DNA of 64,000 bases from Podospora anserina (Eukaryota): NCBI GenBank assembly GCA_017654855.1, contig CM030332.1, positions 1,984,001-2,048,000 on the forward strand. Reading direction: 5' to 3'. The notes under the pieces were generated by a model. That model did no database searches. It was not told the origin of the DNA and saw only the letters and a program-made list of their open reading frames with translations. Below, piece after piece: positions 23,481 through 36,774 of the stretch. A program made the position numbers and the translations under genes. Each line of letters opens with the position of its first letter. Positions within the stretch are counted from its first letter, which is position 1.

Positions 23481-23693
23481 ATGTGCGTCAAGGCCATGGC
23501 CGTACACACCCACCCCGGCAAGGGTGTTGGTCACGTCAAAGACATAAACAATTTCAACAGACATGTCTGGGTCATTAAAGACCAATGTGAAAAAGGCCCT
23601 TGCCAGGACGCCGATTGTACATTCGACACAGTCTCGAAACAGGAGGTTGTTGGGCAGAGAACATGTGTGTTTTGTTATCTAGTGGAGCAGTAA
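23481..23693 (+). CDS. Small MC...GH...CxxC protein (70 aa), putative Zn-binding
   Basis: Strong start context ATCACCATCATG; MCVKAMAVHTHPGKGVGH...QCEKGPCQDADC...TCVFCYLVEQ*. Confidence 0.55.
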   Translation: MCVKAMAVHTHPGKGVGHVKDINNFNRHVWVIKDQCEKGPCQDADCTFDTVSKQEVVGQRTCVFCYLVEQ

Positions 23694-26600
23694 GGGGTGG
23701 CGGAGGCAGGAGAAGGTTGACAGACTGGAGGGAGAGGTGTCCTGAACTGGGGATGGGTAACATCAAGGCTGGACCTTGATGGATGTGTGTTATTTGCTGT
23801 GGTTTTATGTTTTGCTTCTTGTTGGTAGGCAGGGATCGGAATCCATGCTCAACATGCCTCCGGGGCAAATCGAACGGTGATTAATGGGCCTCTAGGGGGA
23901 TGGTGTGGGGCTTGGATTGGATCATGGCAGGATAGTTTTGCAATTTCACCTTTGACAATAATGCAAGTAACATGGGCGAGTCAACAAGAACCAGGTGGTT
24001 GAATATGGTCTCCATTGTCACGAATTGCCATGTCCTGTCTGACCAAGTGCCAAACATGCCGATATTCACAGGTTCAGCGAGCCGCCGGTTGGATTGACAG
24101 CATGTATAGGGTATCCATGCCTTGACGTCTAAATACACTGCATCACATCATCGCTCAAGAAAGCAGAACACAGCACTGGTGCTAATAAAGCTTCTGAATT
24201 ATTGAGCATCTGTCTAGCCACTCCCACTTGCCACATCGTTATAATGTTTCAACCTGCCACCGTCTCCATCGCCCATGGTCCACCGTTTCCTCAAGCCCTT
24301 CTGCTCTTGAACGCAGCCTTGCTGTCATCTGTGAAAGTCTCGTGCAGACCAAAGAGTTCCTTGCCACGTACGAGTTGCATAGACTGGCGTTCCCCTGATG
24401 TCACACGGGCAAGATTCTCGGGCATGGAACTCTGCTCTAAAAACACAAGTCCGCGGCATGTTCCGGTATGACGCTCCTGCTTTCCACAATGACCTGAATT
24501 TGACTCACGGGGTTGAGATGCTGCATCCGGTTGCTATTGTTATTGCTGTTGCTGCGGGCCGGAAAGGCAATGTGATCTGCAACAGAAGGGCGCCATGTAG
24601 TGATGGAGCCATAGGTGGACAGGTCTGGGACTGTTCTCCAGAAGGCGAGAAGAGCACCATTCTCAACTGGAAAATACTGGGTTGGGTGTCTGAGGCAGCG
24701 GGATGTCCAGCCGTGATGGGATGGTGTCCAGATTTCCACCTGGGAAGCATGACATCGCGCGCGAGCGGGAGGAAGTATTGATCATGGTCTATGTCGCGGA
24801 AGACGACGCGAGCTCTTGGCTGTAGTTGAAGTGGTGGTGGAAGTGGACGCCTGAATGCCAGCAACGTTAGCACGCCGCCATTATTGGGGAATGGAGGGGA
24901 ATCCTACCAACATGCTCGGCATTTTCACAGCTCCGCTTCATTTTGGACTGGTTGTCCTGACCCAATCCAGCCGCTTCAAACACTGTGCTGTCAGCAAAGT
25001 CTTCGCTGAAGACTCGAGCTTGGTAGGCAGGTCGGGAACACCAGGAAAATCCAAGAACCAAGAAAGGGAGGAGAATGTTGGAAACATACGTACCATTGAC
25101 CGTGCCGACGATGTCGAACTCACCGCCCGGCCCGACTGCTCATACTGAGCAGTCGTGGCCAGGCGGTGAGTCGATTCTCTCGGGCTCCCCCGTCAGTTGC
25201 TTGTTCTCCTGGCCACGCGAGGCGAGCAAGAGCTGTGGTTATGAGTGGGAGAAGAAAGAGAATGGAAGGATCTGAGAGTGAAGAGAGAGAGAGCAGATAA
25301 AAAGGAAATTCTCAGGGAACTCTGGTGGATAGACTACGTCACATGTGGACGAGCTAGAGCCAACCAGACCAGACATGATCCCCACTGCTGCTTCAAACAA
25401 CTGAAAGCAGTTGCCAACCAGGCACGCCTGTGACCTCTGGCTAGGGACGGGCTAGCTTGCCTACAGTCTGGTAGGACTGTGAGCACCTGCCGTTCAAATT
25501 CAGTGTATCTTTGACACCAGAACTCCGATGATACCCCGTCATCAGGTACGTTCCATGATCGTCTGATTGCGCAATCTCCCACTCCAAGGCAGCTGAGGCG
25601 GTCACCCAGAGGGAAGGTAGGCACGAGGCAGTAGCCCCGGCCTGAAACAAAGAGTCACTGTATTTGTGTCTCTATCTGAGCAAGAGAATGTGTTGGCCAT
25701 CCAGGTGAGCTGACTTCTTCTCCGCGGGCACTCCTTCCAATCATTGAGGTCCCAGGTTTGTCCCCCTGATTCTAGTCTCTCACCAATTGTTTCCCCAATC
25801 ACAATCACCTCCTCCCCCTTCCCGCTCAACAAACAGCTCGAACCAGAACCGCCAGGCAGCAATATGCTCATACGTCCGAAGCCGCTACTGGTGCGGCTGC
25901 CACAAGCTTGAGTTCGGGAAGCGGTGGCGGTCCATGGACTGAGTGGTTTGAGAGTAGGTATGAACACTGGCGATTGCCCCGGACGGAAATACCTTGGGTG
26001 ACGAGGAAGACTCGCATCTGGAAAGATACTGCAGTGTCGAGGAGTGGCTTGGCTAACCGAAAGCGAGCGGGATGACGCAAGCAAAAAAACAAGAGGAAAG
26101 CAGAAGGCCACGCTCGTGGAGGCGGAGATGAGGAGGCAGACAGACAAATCAGAAGAGCAAGATCAAGCTGAAGGAAGGCATGTACTTATACGATGATTAG
26201 ATGTAATAATAGGAAGGATGTTTGCTTGAGGGCCAATGTGCTTTGTTTATTCCGTTGGTTTCCCATGCTATCTTATGTTCCAAAGAGCCAACTGTAATGG
26301 CATGAACGCTACATTTGTACGCCGCAGAGAAGATCTACCTGGTAGTCAAGGCACAGCCGGATCACCAGTGTACAGGGCGGGCTGTGTCACTTTGATTGTT
26401 CAAGATGTTGTGCGAATGAGATTGATTGTGTCAAAGCCCAATGACTGTTTTTAGTAAAATACTTGTACAGGTCACTCCATTTCTCGACCCCGTCCCTCAA
26501 TCTTCCTCCTCAAACCATCCCCATTCCCCTCCTCAAGCCATCCTCTCCCCACCCAACCTTTGCCACTCAAGGCACCCAAACCTCTCCTCCGATGATTGCG

Positions 26601-28668
26601 TAGCTTCGTTGAGACTACTTCGCACTGAACAAGTGCTTCGGCGGCGGCGTCCTGGAACTGGCGCTGGAGGTCGGGTAGCCGCCCGGACTAGTCGAAGGAT
26701 TTGGAACTGTCTTTATCTTGTTGAAGAAGCGGGAAGCCCAGACGGAACTGTTGAACAGCAATGTTAGGAGATGACAAACATCAAGGCGGAAATGCCATGG
26801 GCACAGAGAGTAGGGAAGTGACTCAATGAGGCAGCCAACCTACCATTTGAGTTTGATTGTCCGCGACGGGGGATGATAAAGTCGCTAGGTGATTGAGCCG
26901 CGCTGGGGCAATACCTGATTGTGACCGGGGGTGGTCTATGAATAGGTGATAGAAATACTGAGAGACTGGACGGGGGGCTAAGAAAAAATCAGTCAGGGAT
27001 CGAAGTTGGGTAAAAGGTAGAAAAGAATGAGCCAGATCAGAAGAATGTTACTGAAAGTAAAAGGCGAGGCAGCCAGGTCGATAAGTGATTGGAAATCACC
27101 GAAAGATGGAGTGATTGTGTTGTTATTAGATGTCATGATGGTTGATGTTGTGCGGAGAAGAGGAAGAATTTCCGCAGAACTTACCTTAGTAAAAGAGTCT
27201 CAACAGGAGAGGAGAGACAGGAAAAGAGACACCCGACAGGGCAAGGGCGGAGAAGTAGGACCGGGAACGCAGTCCTGTACCTAGTACAATACGAAAGCTT
27301 ATTTCCTTCCCTTCCTTCTCTGTTGATCTCGTACTTACCTCAAGCAGACAGCAAGGTGTGGTGATGGACAAGTTCACACAGCATTGCCAGGCGAAGCGAT
27401 GGCAGTCGGTCCCAGACACTTGTTGACTCTACCCCAATACAAGATTGCTGGCATGGTCGAACCCATCGAAGCAAAGGCAAGGCTTTCTTCGGAGGAAGTC
27501 GCCTGTGATACTGTTAATCAAATGAAGCAAACCTGCCAAAGATAGTCTCCACCCATCACCAGCTTGGATGGCACGTTCCCGTTTGTTCTTTTATTAAATT
27601 CATGTGATATATTCAGAGTCGTTCTTTTCCGTTTACCTTATCAAACTTGCTTGCAGCTGCCCAACTCATGATGACAGAGTTGCTGGAATCGAGGTTCCGT
27701 TGCAAATCAGCCGGAGTGCAATCCACGTGAATCTATCTGGCACAGAGTGGGATTGTCACAAAGAGATGAGGACATGAATGATTGTATACTTGTTCAGATC
27801 CTCCTGCTGAATGAGAATCCATCTGTTTATTTTAATGTGATATCTTGTCATGATGTAATGTTGCTATCTTGCTACGTCGGACTCGTCAAAATTGACCACC
27901 GACACTCACACGAAAACAACTTACCGGAAAAAGAATAATGCCTGCACAGGCAAGAACAGGTTTGGTATGAAATTTCCCACCAAACTGCCGACTCGCAATG
28001 CATTCGATTTTCCCTCGCCAGTTGACGTGATCTCCCATGGTGCAGAGAGCCTCTCCTCACCAGATCACATAGTGACCAAAGGGAAGGAGAGTCGCAAAAA
28101 TTGTCTGCATCCTTTCTGAATCTTCAGTTGTGAGAATACCAAGTGACCCAAAGTATTCAACTGAGATAAACCCTAGAATGCATTTTTTAATTCAACTTGC
28201 CGCCAGCTCAGGTGACAGCTTATGGACTGAAGCAGCACCCCCGAAAGAGCCACAAGGGTTACTGTACTGAACAAAAGAAAGGAAAGGAGAGAGAGTTGTG
28301 GGAAGGTCTGGGAGATCATATACTCTTCCCAGGGCGGTCAGTGCACACTCGCAACTTTCTTCTACGCTCTCAAATCTCACTGGGGCTGCCGATTTCGTCA
28401 GGCATCCTGTCACCGGCGCCGGTCCCGGGTGGGTCCAGAACTCTGCGGAAGCATGTCAGTCACTGCTGTCAGCAGGTCACTAGGCAACGACAAGGTTGGA
28501 AATGCAATGGTAAGGAGCTCATGGATACCTAAATATTGGACTTGATGTTGGTTTTTATGGCTATATTCTCTGAATAGAGGCAGGTAGCAACACTTCATGT
28601 TTACAGACAGGTCTAACAACTAGTCTCCTGGTCCTCTCCATCCTCTTTGTCTTCTTCATCCTCCATGC

Positions 28669-29851
28669 TCACTCACGGATCGCCCACGTAAGCCTTTGGA
28701 TATTTTCAGGCGTAGTTCTACAACAGCCACCGATCAAGAATGAACTCCATCCCCCAGTATCATAAGCCTCCTTGACCACCATAGCAAGCTGACGTTCCCA
28801 TGATACATCCTCCGGTGTCTTCTTGGAACCCTCCCCCGATATCTCCCACTCCTTTGTCGCAGTATTGTACCGCTCTCCCACCTTCGTGCCATCAGGATAC
28901 AATACCAAACCAGGCCATTTTTCCACGGCCCCCGTCGCGACCAGCTTTTCCACAGCCTTGGTAAACTGTCGAACTAGACCCTCGAGCTTGGAAACTTGAG
29001 TACAGTTGATCCCAACAAACTGTGGCGTCTTACTTCCAAACTCTTTGCTAATCATAGCGGCTACCGCGTCTTCTACACTAGTGCCATCCGGCATTTTGTC
29101 GTCATCGCTAGGGAACAGAACACTGATCCAGACAGGAATGTCATGGTAAAACTCGCGCGGGCCTAGCTTTACCCCCCCGCTGATGTCCGCGTTCAAAAAG
29201 CGCCTGATTGCTAGTATCTCGTCCAATCGAGGGATGGTCTCGAACGCAATGTAGGACACATCGAACAGCAGGTTGGGGACTTGAACATAGAGGTTGTACC
29301 GCTCGCTGTGCCAATGAAAGAGTTTATCGACGATGTCTTGGGAAGGCTCGATGTCGTAGTGGCCGGTGTACTCAGTTGAAGGTATCATCGTAGCCCCATA
29401 CGGTCCAAGACTGAGAGCGACTCGGCCACCAACCTTGCCGGCGGCCCTCCTGGCGATGGAGACAGCATCTTTGAGGAAGTGGCCTATGTTGGGGAGGGGC
29501 ACACCGTTCGGCCTACATGTAGTGGATTAGTTGGCTAGAGTGTTCACTTAGAGCGGACTAGGAAGAGCGACAAACTGACCAGTTCTCTGTCTTTGTATTC
29601 TTGAACCCATTGATCGACGCCTGGTATGTCGCGGTTGTGATGACATCTGCACCAGCTTTGGCAAACGACATCTGGCAGTCCGCCAGGGTTTGCAAGTCTG
29701 TCAAGAGAAGGTGGGAGGACCAGAGTGGCGTCGACTCGGAGAACTTGACACCATGGATAGTTTCGAGGGTGGTTCCAAGACCACCGTCAAGGAATTTGAT
29801 GGTTCTAGGCTTACGGCCCTCCATTATTGGCGTCTGGAAACGAATCGACAT
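28669..29851 (-). CDS. Homocysteine S-methyltransferase (Sam4/Mht1/MmuM family)
   Basis: FLDGGLGTTLE, PLWSSHLL, AGADVITTATYQAS, SLGPYGA, IAFETIP, Zn ligands VGINC and IGGCCRTTP. Intron 29513-29579. Alternative start at ATG 29824. Confidence 0.93.
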
Positions 29852-31605
29852 AATTCGATTCGATGATTCTCGTGAGCGCACGAGTATTTGGAATTGTTCT
29901 CCGGGATCAGAAGGCAGACGAGATCAAGCTCAATTCGGGCTACACCATCCAATGAGCGCAGCATTCGCTCAAGCTTGCAGGATTGGTCATACCGTACAGC
30001 TCAGCGTACAGTGTGGACTTTAGAATGCACAGTGCCCTTCAGGGGTCTGATTCTGCTCTTCTAGACTTGCAACGGAATCCGGAATAATACACAGGGCAAC
30101 AAACTATGCTAACAGAGAGAATAAATCTTGATGGAGATGCCTCTCCCATTCACATAGCCCGTTATATACCGAAGCTTCTCACTGTTGGAATGCATCAATC
30201 TTTAGTGCCCATGCTCAGCAGTATCCTTTCATCAATGAAACATGGCTCCCGAGGTCGGAGAATGTGGATGGGAGGAGCACCTACTTGCTCCTACCATCTA
30301 AGAGCCCACAGCATCAGATGACGGCCTGACCTTTTGTCTGCCTAAAGTGCAGGTGGTCCCAAGTGAAACAATGTAGGACAAGTGGCAGAAAGCGGGGAAA
30401 CTTTTCCCAGAAAACCTTTCCCGATCTTCCCAAACTCTTTCATCACAAACCACAAACCTCAAACCCAACTCCAAGAAGCTAGAGTCTTCGGACCAAGAGT
30501 GGCAATCTCAGATTTGATCGAGGTATGTATTATGGCCTTTGCAAACGCACAAAGCCTTTACCTTTGTCCGCAGCCTAACATTTTGTCAAAACAGATGTCC
30601 AGTTGCCTGGTACACTCTTTCGACGTTTCTCTCCCCACCATGTCTACAAGATTCTTCCCGTTATCTTCCCTTCATCTATCTCCGCCTCTGTCACTCTTCC
30701 CTTGATGGAGATGCCACTGGTGGTTCACCGCCACACAACATTGACGACCCCGATGCCCTGGCAGGATTTCGAGCCCATTGGTTTCCACCCCGACGGTCTT
30801 CCACGGGGTGTGACAAGCAGTCTGGGAAGCCATTCGCCAACGGGGACATATCCGGAGGTTCTTTCGCTTGGTGGCAGCAGCGGTAATGGCTGGACAATCA
30901 GACATCTTCACACCTTCCATCACCTCCCGTGCACGCATTCGAGGGAGAGAGAGGGTCTCATCACAATGTCCACATCAACTTGTGCCGCCCATCGCCAAAG
31001 ATCGTACCAGAGTCTTTTTGCGACTCATCCATCTTCATCCCGCCTTGTCACGGAAAATCAGTCTCGCTGCGTTCCCACACCTCCCATCATCTCCTCTCGT
31101 GCAATGGCAGGTCTATAGATGTTTCTGTTTGGACCAAACCGTGTCCGGAATATGCGAAAGGATTAAGAGAAAACCACCCGGGGGCACACGGCGGTTGGGG
31201 AAGCCGGTCAGGGCGGACCTGAGGAGACAGGCAAGACAGCTCAGTTGAAGACCCGTGCCACCAAGCCATCGGCTGCTTCCTCGAAACCCGCCAACGATAG
31301 CTCCGATGACGAGGTTGACAACAGGGAGTTCGCGATCAAGGAGACTGGCTTAGCATTGAAAAACAGAAGTAGATTCTAAATTGACGTGCTCGACCAAACA
31401 ATCAAGGAGACTGGTCTGGAATAGGAAAGCAGAATGAGATTTCACTTCCCTTCCCACGAACATTGTCCCATCTGGTTTGGTGCAACTTCACAAATGTCGT
31501 GTTAATTTTCTACCATTAATATTCAGAGGTTCAACGCCGCTTACCTATGTCATCTAGGAAGGAGTTCAAAAGACTTCAACACGTGGTGAAGTTCAATGTT
31601 GACAT

Positions 31606-32708
31606 CTAAGAATGCCCACCCTTGCCCATCATCTCCAAACTCTTGTGATAGTCACTAGTCCCATTGTTAGGATCCTGGTCCTTTGCCTTGCACTTGCTGT
31701 AGGTCTTGCCATTCCCATGAGCACCATCAATCCTCATAAAAGACTGTCCCTTCGCCTGCAACATCGCCTTTGCCGCGTCGTCATACCAGCCGTTTATAAA
31801 GTCGCCATGGAAGCAATAACCAACACCAATCTGTCCACGAAGTTGTCAGTGTAATGTCTCTTGCATTTCAAACAAAAAATCAAACGCAACAAAACAAGTA
31901 ACAAACCTCCCCACAAGCCAACTTGATAGGCGGCACTCCCTTCCACCCCTGAGGAATAGCCCCGCGGGTATTATACCTGATCGAAAACCGCAAGCTAGGC
32001 ATCCTCTTCATCCCAACCGGGCACTTGTTCCCTTGGGCGGCGGCGTACGTGTACTCGGAGATCTTGTCGGGGTTGACGCAGTCCGGGAACCGGAGGATGG
32101 CCTGTAGGTGGGCCGAGCAAGTCGACAGCGGGAGGGCTGCGCGGTCACGCCGGTTGCGATCTTCGGGGCCGTTGCCGTCGCACCACCAGGTGATCATGTT
32201 GAGGTTTTCCTGGACGTCGGTTTGGGATTTGGCAGAGGCGTTGCCTGCCACCATTACGAGGTCGCGGGGGAAGGGGATCTCGGCGCGGTCGATGTTTTCG
32301 TAGTAGGTTTTGAAGGTGGCGGGGTAGATTTCCGTGTGGGTGTTTCCGTTGACGTAGTAGAGGGTTGGTGCCCCTGGGTGGGTTGGTTCTTAGTGTTTTT
32401 TCAAAGGAGGGGTTTTCAAACGTCTTTGCGGTGTTTTTTTCTGGTCTTTGTTGGATGGGGGGAGCAGATGGCATACAGTAGACAGAAAGATCGTTTGGGT
32501 TCTCTCCGGAGGGACATCCTTTTTGTAGTTCTGCTGTTGTAGGGAGGTCTTTGGTCAGGGCGTCTGAGCCGTAGAAGGAGTGCATGTGGGAGACGTATTG
32601 GCCGGGGTAGACAATCGGATCGATGTTCTTGCGCATGAAGGGCTTATGCTCAACCACGGTCAGGCCTGATGCAAGGCCAGCCAGGAATAGAGCTTCAAGC
32701 GACCACAT
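31606..32708 (-). CDS. Secreted DUF1996-domain protein
   Basis: Signal peptide MWSLEALFLAGLASG; KNIDPIVYPG..SHMHSFYGS, DLSVYWAPTLY, FPRDLVMVAGN, LRFPDC, GYCFHGDFINGW. Two introns. Confidence 0.9.
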
Positions 32709-33604
32709 TGTATCAACTTGCTGGGAGTCTCCGTATGACGGTGTTTGATATCGAAGTTGTTGGAAGGGAACTCCGGCTTGCTTCTTGACGAGGATCTCAG
32801 AGCAGGCGAGTGCTGGACGTATTTGTATGCTTCTTCCCTCATTTCCCCTGATATATCGGCACTTGGACATTGCATGGCGAGTTTATAGTGGTAGGGTTCA
32901 TGGCTGGGCGCGGCTAATCTGATGTTAATACCAGGACAATGTCTGATTGCATGGCTCATCTGGGGAACCGCTGTCACAAGGTTGACATGGATGAAGACTT
33001 ACTTCCATTGGCGGAAGAGTTCCTAGTTGACATCCGTATCCAAAATGCTTGATTTGACCGCGGCGGTCGTTGCTGGCAATCTTGATCTGAAGGTTATGGC
33101 AAGAAGAGCCATCAGGGGTATCACTATTTCGGGAATAGTAGGTATGTGTGGGGGTTGCATTCTGCCGATATCTTTGCTTTCTATGGTTTTTTCTTGCAAA
33201 GTAGAGACAGGAACAGAACTCGTGATATCAGGGAAATCGAAGTCCTCCGTGGGGCTTGGAAATAATTATGCCATACCTATGGTGCTCTTCAGCAGTCATG
33301 GTGCCTGAAAATGAACAAGGGCGCCCCGGCAAGGCGAGAACACACTGAACCCACCTCTCCGCACACAGATACCCGGGAGTGGGGGGAAATTGTCCGAGAG
33401 CGGCTGTCCGGTCTTGGCCTGCCGTCGTGAACCTTCCTTCTAACCACCGTCCGGGCTTATCTGATGATCTGATAATCCGGTTTCAGTCCTTCAGCATCCA
33501 ACGTGTCACTGCTAGCATCTTTATCGTTGTCTTTTTGCTTGACAAAGCGCATTATACCACTTGATCGCCCTGAAAGCAAACCCCAGGCCCAAAAACCGCG
33601 CACC

Positions 33605-36600
33605 ATGGCAGACACCTCTCTCCAGAAGACTCTCCGGATAGGTGTTGATGTTGGAGGCACCAATACTGACGGCGTGATCCTCGATCCCTCGCGAGCCAAC
33701 GACCCCCAGACTAGAGGCATCCTGGCATGGCATAAAGCAGCCACCACGCCCGATCCAAGCGATGGAATCAGCAAAGCTGTCACCACCCTGTTTACCTCGG
33801 CCAACATCTCTCCCGAGCAAGTGGCAACTGTCACCATCGGCACAACACACTTCGTCAATGCCATCGTCGAGAGAGACGAGGCCCGTCTCAGCAAGGTGGC
33901 TGTCATTCGACTGTCAGGCCCCTTCTCAAAGCATGCCCCCCCTTGTGTAGACTGGCCCGACGATCTGAGAGAGATTATTCTGGGTTACTATGCCCTCGTC
34001 AAGGGAGGACTGGAGGTGGATGGCGAACTGATCAGTGATATCAACGAGAACGAGATTCTGGAACATTGCGAAGAAATCAAGAAAAGGGGCATCACCAGCG
34101 TTGTCGTCAACGGTGTTTTCAGTCCCATCGACACCGTGGAAAGACAAGAAGAGAGAGCTGCCGACATCATCCGAAGGCGAATCCCTGGTTGCGATGTTGT
34201 CTGCTCGAAAGAGGTGGCCAATCTTGGTTTCCTTGAGAGAGAAAATGCTGCTTTGCTCAACGCTTCGATCCTCCGCTTTGCAAGGAAAACGATCAAGTCG
34301 TTCCAGAAACCAGTCAGACAACTAGGCATCAAGTGTCCTGTCTTCATTACCCAGAACGACGGGACGGTTTTGTCAGGCGAGGTGGCTTCCCGGTTCCCCA
34401 TCAAGACTTTTAGCAGCGGGCCTACGAACAGCATGCGAGGGGCGGCCTTCCTTGTTCAAGGAGAGAACAACGCAACCGCCGATGGACAAGGAGAAGGGAT
34501 GATGGTGGTGGACATCGGTGGCACTACGACGGATGTTGGACTGCTGTTGCCGAACGGCTTCCCAAGACAACAGGCGGCCTATAGTGATTTTTCTGGTGTT
34601 AGGATGGTCAGTGTCCTTTCCACTTCCCCAAGATGCACAGTGCTGACAATAATGACAGAACTTCTCCTGTCCCGACGTCAAAAGCATCGGACTCGGTGGC
34701 GGCTCCATCGTTAGAAAAGGCGACACCTTCTCGATCGGCCCACACAGTGTCGGCTACAAGTTAACCAGCGAGTCTATTGTCTTTGGAGGAAAGACTCTCA
34801 CAGCAACCGACTGTGCAGTTGCGGTCAATCCTGCTCTTGGCATCGGAACCCCTGAGCTGGTTCAGGGGGCACTTACACAGGACGAAGCCTCCGTCTACGA
34901 GACCCTTGTAAAGAAGAAGCTCGAAAAGATCATCGACACAATGAAGACCTCCCCTGCGGATACTGCTGTGGTTCTCGTTGGAGGCGGTGCCATCATTGCC
35001 CCGAATCAGCTCCGTGGTGCCAGCAAGGTGCTCAAGCCGGAATGGTCCCAAGTTGCCAATGCTATCGGCGCAGCCATTGCCCGTATTAGTGCCGTCGTAG
35101 ACACCATCAGGTCCACCGAAACCCAGACAGTCAAGCAATTGTTGGCAGAGATATCAGACGAGGCAAAGGCAAAGGTCATTGCCGCTGGCGCAACGGCTGA
35201 GTCGGTCAAGATTGTCGAGGTGGAGGAACTACCACTACAAGTAAGTTTTATGTTTAGATACCAACCTAGACATTGCACAGGTCTACTAGAAAGGGAGCTA
35301 ATAGCAGTGCCAGTATGTAGCAAACAAGACCCGCTTCGTCGTCCGAGCTGCCGGCGATTTCGACCTGTCGCACACTGACACAATCGCCGAGCTATCGTCG
35401 GAGCAAGCATCTGAACAACAGGAGACCGAGTCAGAGCAACCATCTCAACAAGCCGCAACTGGTGGACAAAACAAGAAGCAAGTGGGTAAAGAGGCGCACC
35501 AAGTGGACATCTCAACCTACAAGCCAGACGTCCGCAACCGCGTCTGGCATGTTAACGAGACCGACTTGAGCTGGATCTCTACTGGCTGTTACATCCTCGG
35601 TACCGGTGGTGGTGGATCTCCTTATCCACATATGATCCTACTTCGACAGCTGCTCCGAGCCGGGGCAACAGTGCGTGTCGTCAGCCCTGAGGATGTAGAA
35701 GATGACGCAGCTGTTGGTTGTGGAGGTGGTGCAGGAAGTCCAACTGTCAGTATCGAAAAGCTCCAAGGGGACGAGATGATGGAAGCTCAGAACGAGCTGT
35801 ACAAGATCTGTGACGACCAGGCCACACACATGATTGCTCTTGAAATAGGGGGAGGGAATGGCCTTCAGGGTTTGACGCTGGGAGCAAGCAGCAATATGGA
35901 TCTTCCTTGCGTGGACGGTGACTGGATGGGACGGGCCTACCCTACCAAGTGGCAGACTACGCCGGTGGTGTTTAACGAACGACAGCCTATCTGGTCTCCG
36001 ATCTGTATTGCTGATGGCAACGGCAATGTCGTCGTTATGCCCAAGGCCTCTTCGGATCGTCAAGTGGAGAGGATTATGAGAGCTGCTCTCAGTAATATGG
36101 GCTCTCAAGTCGCTGCAGCGGAGCCCCCTGTCACTGGTGCCGAGATGAAGAGATGGGTGGTGGAGAACACGATCTCGCAGGCATGGAGGATTGGAAGGGC
36201 TGTTGCAAGGGCCAGACAAGAAAATCGTCTTGAGACTATGGCAGAGAGCATCATTGACGAGTGCGGGGGTTCTGCGAGCGGCAAGGTCTTGTTCAAGGGC
36301 AAGATTGTTGGTGTGCAACGCACCCTGAGAATGGGTCATGTCTATGGAGAGTGCATCATTGAGGGAACTGATGTGTCTGGGTCGGACTATCCCACGACTG
36401 GGAAAGGAAGAGAGCAGCAATTCACTGGCCGTATCAAAATTCCATTCAAGAACGAAAACATTGCCGCTGTCAAGATTCACGATGGTCAAGAGGAGGGTGT
36501 TCTAGAGAAACGGGAAGATGTCCTGGCTATTGTCCCAGACTTGATTTGTGTTATTGATGCACAGAATGGGGAGGCTATCGGCACACCCGAGTACAGATAT

Positions 36601-36774
36601 GGACTGCTGGTCATGGTGATTGCCCTCGCGGCATCGGACAAGTGGACGGATTCAGAGAGAGGCATAGAGCTTGGAGGTCCCAAGGCTTTTGGATTTGGGC
36701 ATCTTGAATACAAACCAGTGGGCACGTTCGTCAAGCCTGTCAGTGTTATTGACGAGTTTAACGCATCCGGTTGA
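33605..36774 (+). CDS. Hydantoinase A/5-oxoprolinase-like N-terminal domain fused to DUF917
   Basis: RIGVDVGGTNTD, IGTTHFVNA, LERENAALLNA, SSGPTNSMRGA, VVDIGGTTTDVG, SIGLGGGSIV, VLVGGG, VANAIGAA, then DUF917 motifs GCYILGTGGGG, GSPTVSIEKL, EIGGGNG, DGDWMGRAYP, FKNEN, VPDLI, YRYGL. Introns 34607-34658 and 35241-35313. Confidence 0.92.
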
